A stretch of 62,199 bases of DNA, filler included, from Choristocarpus tenellus KU-1152 (taxonomy: Eukaryota; Protista; Phaeophyceae), in the NCBI GenBank assembly GCA_964200185.2. It is 12 parts of 12 records of this genome, joined end to end, with 100 filler letters (N's around TTAATTAATTAA, not from the genome) between each part and the next. Parts side by side here need not be neighbours in the genome. Positions count along the whole stretch, not along the records: positions 11,516 to 17,696 come from CAXNAD020008742.1; positions 17,797 to 20,571 come from CAXNAD020024854.1; positions 20,672 to 23,582 come from CAXNAD020023711.1; positions 23,683 to 26,733 come from CAXNAD020022675.1; 8 more parts are not named here. The stretch is one strand, 5' to 3'. Shown in pieces: positions 12,072-25,068 of this stretch. Numbering within the stretch: the first letter of the stretch is position 1; each line of letters starts with the position of its first letter. The notes below the pieces were generated by a model. That model saw only the letters and a program-made list of their open reading frames with translations. It ran no database searches and was not told the origin of the DNA. The translations under genes and the position numbers were made by a program.

Positions 12072-13600
12072 TAACTTGCAAGTCAAACTAAATGGTCCAA
12101 TGTAGGTTAGGGATGCTGTAGATATTGTAAAACGATATAACAATCTCAACAAGGAGTATTGAAGCTATTTAGTCCTAGGGACTGATGCGACCGTTGACCA
12201 AGATGTGAGATAGGTGGGAAAGGTGGTCTTTAGTATGTGTTAGAGGTAGTCAGGATTCTTAATTGGGTGACTAACACCAGCAGTAAGGGCTTACAGCAAG
12301 AAAATCACTCACGTTGAATGTAGACTTTCTCTGACAAAACATGTTCTCTAGCGTTCAAACCCGCAACACCATAAAATTCAGGAACATAGAATATACATTT
12401 TTTGTTTCCTAAGCCCTTTACACAATGTCAGTCAGCACGGAAGGGGAACATCTGTATCAGTGCCCCTTCTCAGTTCTCCTCGACTGTTCAACTTGGAGCG
12501 ACCATTATTTTCCCGATTCAAACTCACTGTTGTGAAATGGTGGTGACACAGTGAGAGAGTCCTAGGTACAGGCGCCAGAGAGTCTCTGGGTCGTCTCTTG
12601 TCATCAGCTGTTGAACTAGGTGGTGATAGTGAAGCCCATCCCCCTGCCCAAACCAACGTACGAGAGGGTGTCAACAAAGACTGCTAGACGATCGCACAGA
12701 GGACAGTATTTGCAACCATTGCTCAGCCTTGTCAATGCGTTCCAAGGGACAGAGCTAAATAGCGCAGACCTAAGGCGATGTTGAATAGGTGAACCCAAGA
12801 GATCACATCTACGCGATGGCGTCTCTTCCGTGCATTCGATGGAGCATAGGTAGAAATGAAAGAGTCCTTCAACATCGTAGTCTTCATTAATTGATGGTGT
12901 GAATACCGAAATTGCCATGCCGTTTTGACAAAAAGCTTACTACTGCTAGACGTGTCCATTGTATCTCTCTTCTTCACTAAATTACAAAAATCTCTACCAT
13001 AAATCATCAATAATAATTTGAGGTTCCTACATCACCTTCGACTTCATATTCAGTGCATTCTGGAGGAACTTCACGACAGGTCGCAAATCCAAATCTGCAG
13101 CAGACGCTGCCCGTGCATCCGTTTCTGCCGCCATTCTGAGATCGCTACCAAGGGCGACCAAGCCCCCAAGCTAATTAACGCACCAAGCCCACTTGCAGCT
13201 CCTTCCTGAAGCAGAACCACAGATTAATCTCCTCTAATTGTACTAATAAGTGTCTAGCACGCTCCATCACGACATTGTTGTGACCGTCAACCTCGCAAAC
13301 ACGCCTTCGATGTTTTCGAGTACCTCCTTCATCCCCACATACACCTGGCAACCTAACGAGAATCGGAAAGGCGACAAGCGAGGTAGGTCGTGGAAACTTC
13401 GCGTGCACGCTCAGCATTTGGCAGTTGCTATGCCCACTTCATCAGCGAGTAGAACATTTAGAGCATAATAATGCATGCTAAACAAGGACTTTTCCTAGTA
13501 TCTCTCATGATACATAGCCATCATACCACTCTTTGCCAAACTTGAACACCCAATTTTCTCACAACAGGAAGAGTGCAGGCGCATTTTTGGACGAGATACC

Positions 13601-16600
13601 ATGGTGCCTCACTGGGTCGCGGCGGTTCTGGTTGGCCTGCCGTTCACCTCTTCCTTTGTAGTGCCGTCAGCCTTGCATTCGGTGGACTCCTTCCATGCTG
13701 TCTCACAGAGGCATGCCGTTCGGAAAGTGGGAGTCAGGGGAGGGGTAAGTATGCTATATTTATTCATTTCACTTCCCACCTCTATATATGTTGCCTCAAA
13801 AGGCTGGTCATGCACTTTGGTCCTCGAAGTTGGGACATGAAAGTATATGATGTTAGCCAGCCCTCATTCTACATTCGTAGGTGGTTCTAATGTTTTGGTT
13901 CTGCTTCATTCTTATTCTCATCTTCTTGGACATCACCGATTCCCTCAACCTCCTCTCGTCACCTCCGCAGGCTTCGATGTCACCGACCCCAAAAGAGCAT
14001 CAGGAAGAGACCCCGAGCATCGGCTGGGACACTCACAAGGTAAAGTTACAAGTTGCAAACCCAATGGATATTTAGTTTGATCTGAAGTTTACCCGATCTC
14101 AAATTTTGAAGAACTGCACGTGGTAGTGTACAGCTAGTGTGTGAATTATCGATTAGATGACGCGTAGTATGTGTAACCCACCCCCGTATTGTAGACGTAC
14201 ACTGATATATTTAGTGATCTGGGTGTTGTAGATGCGAGACTTGGCCATAGCAATTGCGCGCGTTTAAAGTTTATTACAAATTTTCGACCTCAGATATTGC
14301 TGGGGAAGAAATAATACTTTGTCTGAGTGCTGACTGTGGATTGTTTTGCACCGTCTTCAACACATGATTGAGAAATTACACGCACCATGTTAATGTCCTG
14401 TTGTTCCAACAACATTCCTCGTGCGGTGCTGTGTGAGGCGTCTTTTCCCTAGATAGACCTCTTCTCTGTTACACTCAGTACCTTCATGCACCACCATCTG
14501 AATCTTTCTTGTTGCTGCAGGCTGTCAACAGTGTACCAGATTCGCTAGTAAGGGAGCTTGAGGGGAATGACTCCATGCGATCCAAGTTCGAAGCATTGTG
14601 CAGGAGTGCCCAAAACGAGATATGTGCAGGAATAGAGGAGCTAGATGGGTTGGGAAAGGTAAGAAATAGGAGAACAGGATGCGTTGTGGATCAAGCAAGT
14701 AGGGACAACACTGATGAAGGTAAATAGTGTTTAGACATTGGTGTTGGTGAAACTCTAGTCACTTCGTTAGGATTTTGTTCAGTGTAAGGATTTGTCATCT
14801 GCCATTTTGCTCTATTTCTGATTTCAGAGCACAAAAAAAAATATGAACCCCTTGAAATGCAACTCTTCTTCTGAAGCATCTGTACCAACACCATCAATGG
14901 GATTATGAGGGGTGTTCTGTAGGCTCTGACTAATGATACATGCGTAGCGGTGTTTGTGGACCTCCTGGTGTTACAGTTACAAAGATGTCATTACAAGGTA
15001 TACCCTCTTTGTTGACAGTTATTTTTGTCAGGTGCAACAGTATAATAGTGAGTTATAAATAGAAAACAAGTGTATAATTACCTCTCACAAGGACTTCAAT
15101 TTGTGAATGTTTGCCTGCAAGTGCGTACCTTGTTTTGTCATATTGTACCACTACATTCCTCTGTGTGTGTGACTGTCAACTTTTTTTTGTAATATATATA
15201 TATATATATATATATTTTAGTGCCAAACCTTGGGAGGCAGGAGACTCAGCACAAGTAGCAACATGTACACCAGTGGACTTACCTGTATGTCACATCTACA
15301 GTAAACTAGATACTACTCCACCATCCACCATTAATTGTGAACAGTCAGTGCTTCCATGTTTGTGTTACCTCCCTCAAAGTTCAAGGAAGATGCTTGGGTC
15401 AGGTCCAATGGAGGAGGTGGTATCTCAAGAGTGCTGACAGGGGGGAATGTGTTTGAAAAGGCGGGGGTTAACCTCTCCGTTGTCTACGGGACTATGCCTC
15501 AAGAGGTCAGAGGGCGAGAGCTGGGTTGGGCTAGGATTAGGGGGTGTTAAGAGCTGCAGGTGCAAGATATTTATCTTTTCTTGGAAGAGTGTTATTGCCA
15601 AGTCCATATGTGACTCAGTAGAGGTTGGGAGAGGTTGCGGCCTTGCTTCAGGTACTTGTTCACATGTTGGCTGAGAGTGATGGGGATGAGGATTGAAGAT
15701 GCTTGTCCAAGTATGGTCTATCAAAACCAGTATGGCGTTATGTTGATACAGTATTGATATTAGGGGATCGCTGTCATTAGGGGGGGGGTGTTTTTAACTA
15801 TATTTGTGTTGCTTTCAATTTCTGATGTTACACCACTCATTTCATATTGTGCTCTGGAGCGTTCTGCAGTGCCACAGAATGCTGTACCCAAGCACTTCTT
15901 TTAAGGTACTGATCAAGCCCATCAGCTACTTTGGCCTGTGTCAAAGGAAGTCACTTCATGTTAACCAGCCCAGTACCGTAATACTCCACACAATCTACAC
16001 CCCATCACAATTCTCTATGATTAGTAGCCCTCACAGCCACTATACCCCAACCCTAACCCTAAGGTTATTGATTATCCTGTTACACCAGGAATAGAGGTTT
16101 GTTTTATCCTTCATGGTCATGCAGTAGGCACATAATAGATGCGACCTTTCCACTCCCCTGTGAACTTCTTATCACCGAAAGACTATTGTCAGTACTAAAC
16201 CCATTAAGAAATTGTATCATTGAAGAAATCAACATGTCAAAAATAATCAACAGTTCTTTTATCTTATCGCTCCATCACTCTGAGAATCAACCCCGGACCT
16301 CTTGCACGGTGGTATAAAATACAAAAGAGCAATGCTCCAATACCCACAGACCCTGAATAACCCTAACCCTATCCCTGATTTTTGACTTTTTTTATTCTTA
16401 TTCCTAATATATTGTCAGGCATTGCGTGCGGCTACAGAGCGGGGTGTGGACCGTGCTAAGGGGTTGGCACCTGGGGAGCGGGTGCCGTTTTTTGCATGTG
16501 GTCTTTCTTCTGTCATGCACCCCAAGGTGAGGTACAGGAGCACATGGAGGAGGGAGTTGCATGTTAGAGCTCTTTCTTCAATGTGGTGCGATTTTGGCTA

Positions 16601-17503
16601 ATTCTTTCAGGATCATTTTTAACAGTGTGTGTTCAAAGTCAAGACATGTAGAGGTGGTGGAAGGGGTTTGGAGGTCGGGGGGGAAGTGACTTAGTAGTGT
16701 TCATAGTTTCTACAAAGGTTTTGTCTGGGGGGAGGTGGTGTGGTGGGTTTGGTTGGTTGTGAGGGGGTTTTGGGGGGGGGGGGGGGGGGGGGCATTTTAT
16801 TTTTTCAAGTGTTCATGGTGTGAGTGTCATCATGTTGACCTTCTTACCCATAAAGACGCAGTTAATTGCTTTTATCCTCTACATGGGGAGATGTTTTTCA
16901 TTCATGGCATGTTTTTGTAGTAGTCTATTTGCAGCAAAGTGATTGGGGGGGTGGGGGGGGGGTTCCAGGCAGAGCTAGATGACCTGTGGTGCTAGTAAAC
17001 AGGTGATTAATAGTTGTGTGACTGGTTCGAGTCATGTGGGACTTCTAAGATGAAGTCAATACAGTGTGCTTGGATTACCTAACCCTAACCCTATGATATC
17101 TTACATTGTATATGGTAGTATTGCTATCATTGTAAGATGTTCTCATCGATCGACACTTGGGGTTGAAAATTCTACGCAAGTTACAGCATATCGAGAAATT
17201 AACACGGTACATTTTAGAGTAGAGCCTCTTCCTTTTGTCACTATTTCACTATTCATGTCATCAGCAATAGCCCACATTTGGTCACACACACTGCCCCTCC
17301 TTCTCCACTTGGGCAACGCCTGATTGTGTTGTGTGTGTGTGTGTGTGTATGTACAACTAATGTGTGTTTATGTGTGCGCGCGTTTTGCTCGTCAGAATCC
17401 CATGTGTCCAACCATGCACTTCAACTACCGGTACTTTGAGACTGATGGAGGAGTGTGGTGGTTTGGGGGAGGGACTGACATCACCCCAGCCTACCTAGAT
17501 GAG
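13601..17503 (+). CDS. hemF: Oxygen-dependent coproporphyrinogen III oxidase, plastid-targeted, 5' six exons (3' exons not found after the gap)
   Basis: Exons 13601-13744, 13971-14039, 14521-14658, 15380-15505, 16419-16526 and 17396-17503 all have GT-AG boundaries and phase 0. They encode ...[36 protein letters not shown]...[37 protein letters not shown]...[49 protein letters not shown], which are the canonical HemF/CPOX motifs. The N-terminus [18 protein letters not shown]|FVVP is a signal peptide with an ASAFAP-like Phe. Confidence 0.96.
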
Positions 17504-17819
17504 GTGCGTACATCACACTGTGCTTTTCACCGGGGCAAGATGGAAGGCGTTCTGTCAAAAAAAAGTCTGATCTTTGTTGTTATATTGTCTCGCTGTGTTG
17601 GGATCATGTGTGCCCTTTGACGTAGTAATTTTTGTTGTTGTGGAAAGCTCTATATCCGGGGGTGGGGGGGGGGGGGGGTATAGTGGTGGTGGTGGTNNNN
17701 NNNNNNNNNNNNNNNNNNNNNNNNNNNNNNNNNNNNNNNNTTAATTAATTAANNNNNNNNNNNNNNNNNNNNNNNNNNNNNNNNNNNNNNNNNNNNTCAG
17801 CAAAAAAAAGAGTTGTTTG

Positions 17820-17877
17820 ACCGAAACGGACGCCCCCTCACGAACCACCCCCCCTCCCCCCCCAGATACTTTGACCC
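17820..17877 (+). mobile_element. MITE family A, partial (near contig edge)
   Basis: The sequence ends CCCCAGATACTTTGACCC. Confidence 0.6.
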
Positions 17878-18034
17878 ATGAGATTAAAATCACTGTCCCT
17901 TCCTGGTAAAGTAGATGAGTAACCATGGCCGTTATCGTGACCTACACTACACAAGGGCAAGGTACATGGCATCTTCATTTTCCATGACCCAGAGGCAAAT
18001 TTAAAGGATATTCTCTTTGCTTCCGACTGGTGTA

Positions 18035-18213
18035 GGCTCAAAGTATCTGGGTGAGGGGTGGCGGCTGTCCACTTGGGGCCCATTTTTCCATGTTGAAATT
18101 AATGGGTAATTTGGTTGCATGGATTGGATGGATAATGTAGGCGCACTTCTCCTGGTCAGGGCCCAAATGAACACCCTGGTGTAGACCCCCCCCCCCCACA
18201 GATACTTTGGGCC
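18035..18213 (+). mobile_element. MITE family A, complete copy (~180 bp)
   Basis: TIRs GGCTCAAAGTATCTG...CAGATACTTTGGGCC; flanks TGTA/TGCA (near-TSD). Confidence 0.85.
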
Positions 18214-19965
18214 TGCAATACACGACATATTCTTGGGTGTTTGTAGGTCAGTAGTTGTCCACCAGTTTTCATCATTGGGATGCTCAAGTTCAGACCTGGT
18301 AGAAATAAATAATTATTCTGTGTCTAGGAGCCTGGTTTCAATTGACCCCGTGTCGAGCATAACAGAGAAGTGATCCTACATATTCCAGTCTGTTGCTAAA
18401 CCTAAAAATTGACGGGGGAAAAGTCAATCGTAGTGGTTAGGCCTTCCCTGCGCCTGGGCAAATATCGCAGGAGATTTATGTTGGTGTCTGGTTTTATGAC
18501 CCTTTTAGAGATGACGTAACCACTTCCATGTGAGCCAACCATCTCTAGTTTTATTTTCATTTTAGGGTAAAGACATAAATAATTATATATAGTAATAGCA
18601 CAGACAAAGTGGCTCCGCCAAGCAATGAACCCTGAACCTCCAAAAAGTTAATGAACTCGGTGGGGTTGGACCCCTGATATTTTCGCAATAAGAGCCAAGG
18701 GTTCAAACCCACGATCAGTGGGATGACTAAACTCACATCGAGAAAAAACAAGACAGTTCATTGTTAATGAGCCACAGTATAGTGTGGAATGCTTCTGATC
18801 ATGGATCGGAGCTAGGTCTTGATGAGGTAGTGGCTCCTAGTTCTCAAATAAATTGAGAGTATAACAATATTATTTGTGTACAATCTGCTGCGATACTCTT
18901 CCCCTCTTAGAAAAACGACACAAAAAAAGGCAATCCACAGTACGTCAGCAAACATCTCATTAGATATCATACCCTAGAGTCATCGTTGGTCCGTTAGAAT
19001 AAACCCCATTGAATTGTTATCAACTTGGGCTATGATCCTAGTACTCATAGCCTCACGATACATTGAGTCAGGATAGTGTCTCATTCATTGATAGTTATTG
19101 TATACTCTGACCTGTCAGTACTAGATACACCAACTAAATCTTACAATCTTAAACTTACATCTAATATCAGCCCATCATCACAAGGTCACAACAATGTCTG
19201 TTTGTATGCGAGGGAGAGTAAGGGATTGGGGATATTGATTGCTCTGTGAAGCAATGATACAAGTTACTAGTGTGGAAATTAATATATACCCAACAGAAGG
19301 AGCAGAAGACACAGATGAGGTGTGCAATCACCTGCACTGGGTCCTGGATTACACACGGAGCAGGCTGCTGGCAGAACGTGGAAGATGGAAGATGAATATA
19401 TCGCACCGTGGGAGCAAATAGGTGATGTGTACCCATTTGAACATCCCGTCAAAAGCAAGCCGAGGCAATGTTCATTGCAATTGGTATATCAATATATCCT
19501 GTTGTAGAGACACATATAGTACTACTAGACAGGAAATTCACTTGGAAGTGAATGGGTGAGGTGTAACCATTCTAGAATATCGTCAAAAACAAGCTGAGGT
19601 GAGTGCTTTTGCAGGTAGCAACACAACATTTCTTGTTGCAGAGGCAGACATAGTAATACTAGTCAGGACGTTCACTTCTGCCTCGCGCCTCCCCCAACCT
19701 TAACATAGGCGTATATATTGTTCAATAAGGATACACACATCGTTGTGTGTGAATGATAAGGTTTGACATAGTAGGTGTTCACAGTAGCAAGAACATGTAG
19801 CAAGGTGGTTTCTTGTCTCCTTTGTTGGCAGGGAATGTAATACATGCACACAACTTGTAAGTGTAGAGGGCATACACCCGAGCTCTGCAGAACACTGTGA
19901 AGAGAACATATGGTTAGTCTACTATTACTTTAGGGAAGACTTTCCTCCTCTTAACAAGGTGTAGT

Positions 19966-20142
19966 GACCCACAGTATCTGTGGGGGGGGGAGCTGTCTAC
20001 ACAGGGTGTCCATTTGGGCCAAAACTAGGAAACGTGTGTACTTATCCATCCAACGTATGCAACCAAATCACCCAAAAATCGTGATAAGAAAAGATTTACC
20101 CCAAATAGACAGCCGCCACCTTCCCCCCAGATACTTTGAACC
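19966..20142 (-). mobile_element. MITE family A, complete copy with 4-bp TSD
   Basis: GACCCACAGTATCTG...CAGATACTTTGAACC with a perfect TSD TAGT (19962-65 / 20143-46). Confidence 0.88.
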
Positions 20143-20671
20143 TAGTTTGAACGTGATAAGTGAGACTGTGATCACCTCATTTTGCAGTGTATATGAGGAA
20201 CTCGAGGTGCATGGAGAACCCAAGCCAAGGGCTATGTTACCTCTCTAAGAATGGAATCTCAAATGCTACTAGTCACAGAGAATGATATAGCCTTATGTGG
20301 GATACATAGGTGAAGTAAGTCTCTTACCCTCATCTATGATGGACCCTCTGGCTTGTACACAAGGCTAGTCTATCAGCCAGTAACAGGTGAATTAATTAGA
20401 AACTGTACTTGTATCCATTCCTGTGGGAAGCAATGGTGATTACTATATCATTTACAAGCTTTCTCCAACTTAGTGTCCGCGTTATGTCAGACCCACTGTT
20501 ACAGGCGCCCCTCAATGCTCACCTTCCAGGATGTACAACTCAAATCCAACGACCTCAAAACGATGCTATGGNNNNNNNNNNNNNNNNNNNNNNNNNNNNN
20601 NNNNNNNNNNNNNNNTTAATTAATTAANNNNNNNNNNNNNNNNNNNNNNNNNNNNNNNNNNNNNNNNNNNN

Positions 20672-20764
20672 CTACATATACAACCAAATCACCCAAACCT
20701 CGCGCCATGAAAAAGTTTACCCCAAATGGACAGCTGCCACCCCCCCCCCCAGATACCTCGGGCG
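20672..20764 (-). mobile_element. MITE family A, partial (contig edge)
   Basis: CAACCAAATCACCCAAA..CCCCAAATGGACAGCTGCCACCCC..AGATAC matches the family. Confidence 0.75.
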
Positions 20765-20829
20765 TCCAAAACGAGACCACACACACCATCCCAAGGAAAA
20801 TAAAAAATGATGAAAGCGATACCTCATCT

Positions 20830-22800
20830 AGATGGAACCGACCACAGCAAACTGCTTTTGACAAGTGCAGATGACCTTTAACGATGGCTCCAGTTCTGCT
20901 CTTCCCTGATTTTTCAAAGGAATTTTCTAGACATGTAGATGCCAGTAATGGATGTTGGGACAGGAGCATTTTTGGTCCAAATAAATGTAGATGGCAATTT
21001 TGATATTATTGCATACCACAGTGCATTATTTTCCCCCTCCTAAAGAAATATTCTGCCACACCAAAAGAGTGCCTTGCAGTTATTTTGGCAATCATACACT
21101 GGAGACCATAAATTTGGGGTAAACATTTCATAGTCTTTAATGACCATTCAGCCTTACGGTGACTGCATACGATGCAAGACATGTTCAATTTGTCAACTCC
21201 CCAGGCTCTAGCTCTGCAAAGTTTTGATTTTTACCGTCCATATTATAAGCCTGGGAAATTTCTTTACATCCCAGATATGTTGTCACGACCTCAACTGGAG
21301 GAATTCTGTAAACATGAATCTGAACCAGCACCCCTAACCCCTATATGTCGAAATGTGGAGCAGAAACCAACTGATGCAACTTCTCAAGCAAGTGAGGTAT
21401 ATGCGGCCTATGAACTGTCTGTGGATCGATTAGGTGAAATCACTAGCTTGGAAAATGATTCTTAACTCTTCGTTGGCTCCATCAATGTTTGTCCAATAAC
21501 TGATACGGAAGTTCTAGCCAAAGCCCAACATGATCAATTTGGAGCATATTTTTAATACCTGGCAGACCCTAGTAATGCAACATTACCCAATAAGGAAACG
21601 GCCTACACCATGAAATATTTTTTTTCACACAAGAGAGAGAGAATAAACTCTTACTCTACCGACCTAGTGAAATATATTAGATCACGTCAGACGGACACAA
21701 AATAAGTGTTATCCACCGTAGACCATCTGTCTTGGTTGGCATTGCAAATTAACAAGAAAAACCGAGGCTAAAGCTCTTGTCGATCGTCTTTTTTCCATTT
21801 TTGGTCCTCCTGAAACACTCCACTCTGACCAAGGCAAAGAACCTGAGAATAAACTCCTAACTGAGTTTGTGTAAAGTGTGTGGGTATCATAAAACCAAGA
21901 CAACGGTATATCGACCTCAAGGCAATTGGCAAATGTTAACGTATTCATTCCATGATGCATGGTATGCTGGCCATGCATTCGAATATGGACCAATTTGACT
22001 GGGCTTCATTATTGCCCTTTGTACAGCTAGCACACAATACAGCCTATAATACCATTGTTCAGGAAACTCCATTTTTTTCTCATGTTTGGAAGGCGTCCGA
22101 TTTTACAAATTGATCTTATTTTGGGGGCCCCTGAGGCCACCTCCATAACCGTACAAGAATACAGTACGGGAACAATGGAATATTTATAGTTAGCTTGCGA
22201 ACTTGCCCGGCGAAGTATTGGTGAGATGGTACTGAAGAATGAATCTAAGAAGGTGAACCATAAACTCCCACTATACGAACCCGGAGAAAAGTGCGGCCTC
22301 ACAAACCACATACTTCAGTTGATGCACTGAGCCCTAAGTTTTTATCCTCATGGAGAGGACGTTGTAAACTGAAGGCACGTTTAACACCTGTTGTTAATCG
22401 TACAAAATGCTTGCCAGGACAAGACAAATAAAATTATACATATTCTGATGTGAAGTGACAGTACATGTGGCCAGACTTAAGCCCTGGAAGGAAGGAGCAG
22501 CCACTGAACCTGACATAGATGCCCTCGATTCACTCTTTTTAGACCAGGTATTACCCGAACCAAATCTTGATCTGGGGCCAAACACACATCCAACTATTTG
22601 GTCTTACAATGTACAAGGCATTGTTGACCATAAGCGAGGCGTGGGACGAAAGATCGCTCACATTTATTTATACCGACTTCGTCTTCAATGATATTCACCG
22701 ACCAGTGATGTATGGCGCAAACCCGCTGAAATACCTGAATGTGCAGAGATGATCGCAGCCTATAGGGAAGAGAACAATTTGGACCTCCCTAATATAAGAG
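20830..22800 (+). mobile_element. Degenerate Ty3/gypsy (chromodomain-containing) LTR retrotransposon pol remnant
   Basis: Motifs occur in gypsy order with stops and frameshifts. RT-RNase H linker: WNRPQQTAF..LTMAPVLLFPDFSKEF..HVDAS. RNase H: KYSATPKECLAVILAIIHWRP..WGKHFIVFNDHSALRWL. Integrase: FGPPETLHSDQGKE, YRPQGN, DWASLLPFVQLAHNTAYNTIVQETPFFLMFGRRP. GPY/F-like: SWRG..VHVARLKPW. Chromodomain: YNVQGIVDHKRG..YRLRLQ*YSPTSDVW. Confidence 0.92.
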
Positions 22801-23540
22801 CCACTGACCGAGCGACTTGTTATATAAGAAAGATTCCTGCCACTACAACAGCTGAAGAACTTGAAATACCGCCAACCTGACGTTCACCTACCAGCAACCA
22901 AGCCTCTTCTGATACTTGCGATATCCCTCCCCTTGTGGACCGGAAAGTGCGATGAATCCCTCTATACTAGTGGGTTGCCGGCCTGGTGAGTTGCCACCAG
23001 GTTCCACAGATAGGGAAGATATTTCTTTTGCACTACCAAGATGGCGGAAGCGACGCCGATAAATTCTTGAAGAACATACCATGGCTAAGTCTGAGTAGTA
23101 TTTCGAGCTTATCTATCAGACGACTTGGAGTTCGTGGGGTAGAAAGATAGCTCTTATCCAGAGACACAAACAGAGGTTGGTCCTATCTGCAAGAAGCATG
23201 CATATGATTCAAAATATTAATACACAAAATACTTTTACAATATACAAACAAATGTGCATAAAACAAATATTTAAAGTCCAACTTTCTGGTTGTCCAAGCA
23301 CCTTGGAGGCAAGTTGTTGTACCAGTGTTGACAGTAAGAGATGATGAGTTTTCCGATCACCCTTGACACTATCCTCACAACAAGTTGAAATATTTCACAC
23401 TGGACCCGCAGTTGGTGTGCCTTGGTAGAGGACAATAAATGGCTTGGTGTAGATATACGATTTTCATGTTAGAAGGGGCTTATGGTCTCGATTCCATTAT
23501 TGACTGAACTTGTGGGGTGAGACGGGTGTAGACTACCACT

Positions 23541-23582
23541 GGGTCAAAGTATCTGGGAGGGGGTGGCGGCTGTCCATTTGGG
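23541..23582 (+). mobile_element. MITE family A, partial (contig edge)
   Basis: GGGTCAAAGTATCTGGGAGGGGTGGCGGCTGTCCATTTGGG runs into the gap. Confidence 0.8.
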
Positions 23583-24545
23583 NNNNNNNNNNNNNNNNNN
23601 NNNNNNNNNNNNNNNNNNNNNNNNNNTTAATTAATTAANNNNNNNNNNNNNNNNNNNNNNNNNNNNNNNNNNNNNNNNNNNNGTGGGTAGCAATGCAAGC
23701 CCGGGGGAGCCAGTGCCCCCATGTCCAGGTAGTCCTCGTCCAAAGGCGGACCTTGCCTCCTCCACACAGCTTTCGATCCATCTGGGCAACTCCTGGTCTG
23801 GCATGGACAACCGGGACTCGCACGGCACCACGTGCCCCGTATGGCACCCTTTGGTATCAGAGTTTCAAGGCAGATGAGATCGATCAGACACATGGAAGGT
23901 GGCAGGAAATATTCGGGAACGGTTGGCGTGCGGCCAACAGTACCAGGACAACGTTACAGCCGTTCAAGGTGATGGGGCCTAAGGAACTTGGTGTCGTTTC
24001 TCCAATATTGAGTGGGAGCCAAGATAGATCTAGGTCACGAAATTCCGACAAACAGCCGAAGTATCCGATTGAGGTGATGGCGAAGATGGTTGCAGAACGG
24101 TGGCGTCGTAAGGCAAGAGTTTCGAATTTCGCAGTATTCCAAAATGAGGAAAATACAGGAATATCTCGACAAGGTAAGCATTGTCAGTGTGTTACAGGCG
24201 TAGGGCTCACAAAAGATGAGTAGCGCTCAAAGCATGATATATTGAAGATCTGGAAATGGTAGATGTCGTCAGCACTTTGTGTCTTGTGACTTCAATCGTT
24301 GAAGAGGGGTACGGAAAGCAAAGTCGTTGTTCGCTTCGATGAATTAAGAATCAGGAGGAAGCTTCCCTGGGGACTCACAGCATGCACATCTTCGCGAAGC
24401 ACTAGAAAGAGATTATCACGTCTTTACCACAACAACAATGAATTGACACTCTCCCCTGCCAGGTTCCCTCTTTTCACTCCCTCACCCTCAATCTTCGTTT
24501 CACAGGGCCCATGGCACCAAGTCTTCCAAGACTGTGGTGATGATA

Positions 24546-25068
24546 TCGAACTCTGATTCGTCCCCATTTGGTTGAGGGGGTCGTCTTGGCGGGCCCTAGA
24601 GCCCCTCCTTTGTCAATGAACTCTTCTTGTCAGTCTTCATCAAAACCCTAACAGATTTTGAAACGCCTGTGTTTGCGAGAGCGACGCACGAACATCGCGC
24701 ACACAAATCGCGAACAATACATCAACTCTCAAATTGGTAATAGTATACTATTATAAATAGTATTATATCCAACTACAACATACTTCAATTGGGATTTAGG
24801 TGTATTCTGTCGGGATTCGTTCAAGTTGGGTTTGTTGTTGGTTAGGACTAGGAATTGGAGGGCCTTTTACATAGAACTGACACGCAGGCTAACTTACAGA
24901 TAGTCGAAATCACTAATCCGTCCAACCAACACAACCACTTGTTCGCTTAGATAACTATAAAAATATTACAATGATGACCTTGACTGTTGAGTACTAATCC
25001 GCCCAACCTATATACAACCACTTGTTCGCTTAGATAACTAATAAGCATTACAATGATGATCCCCAACA
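24546..25068 (-). mobile_element. Possible LTR (TG...CA, ~500 bp) with an adjacent PBS-like sequence
   Basis: The minus strand begins TGTTGGGG at 25068 and ends CA at 24569, followed by TGGGGACGAATCAGAGTTCGA (complement of a tRNA-like 3' end ...TCGAACTCTGATTCGTCCCCA). It contains an 81-bp-period duplication at 24912-25060. No partner LTR is visible. Confidence 0.35.

Noticed and set aside
13030-13135. Possible divergent first exon MAAETDARAASAADLDLRPVVKFLQNALNMKSK, head-to-head with hemF
   Set aside because: The donor is weak (GTGATG) and I found no downstream exon or homology.
3749-17503. purF-hemF functional gene cluster
   Set aside because: The pathways are unrelated, and the genes lie on different contigs separated by two artificial gaps.
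19239-19421. SWIM-like CNHLHWVL motif
   Set aside because: The upstream CxC of a SWIM finger is absent and the surrounding frames are closed.
24546-24566. tRNA gene
   Set aside because: Only a 3'-end-like fragment is present (TCGAAC...CCA) with no cloverleaf. At most it is a retroelement primer-binding site.
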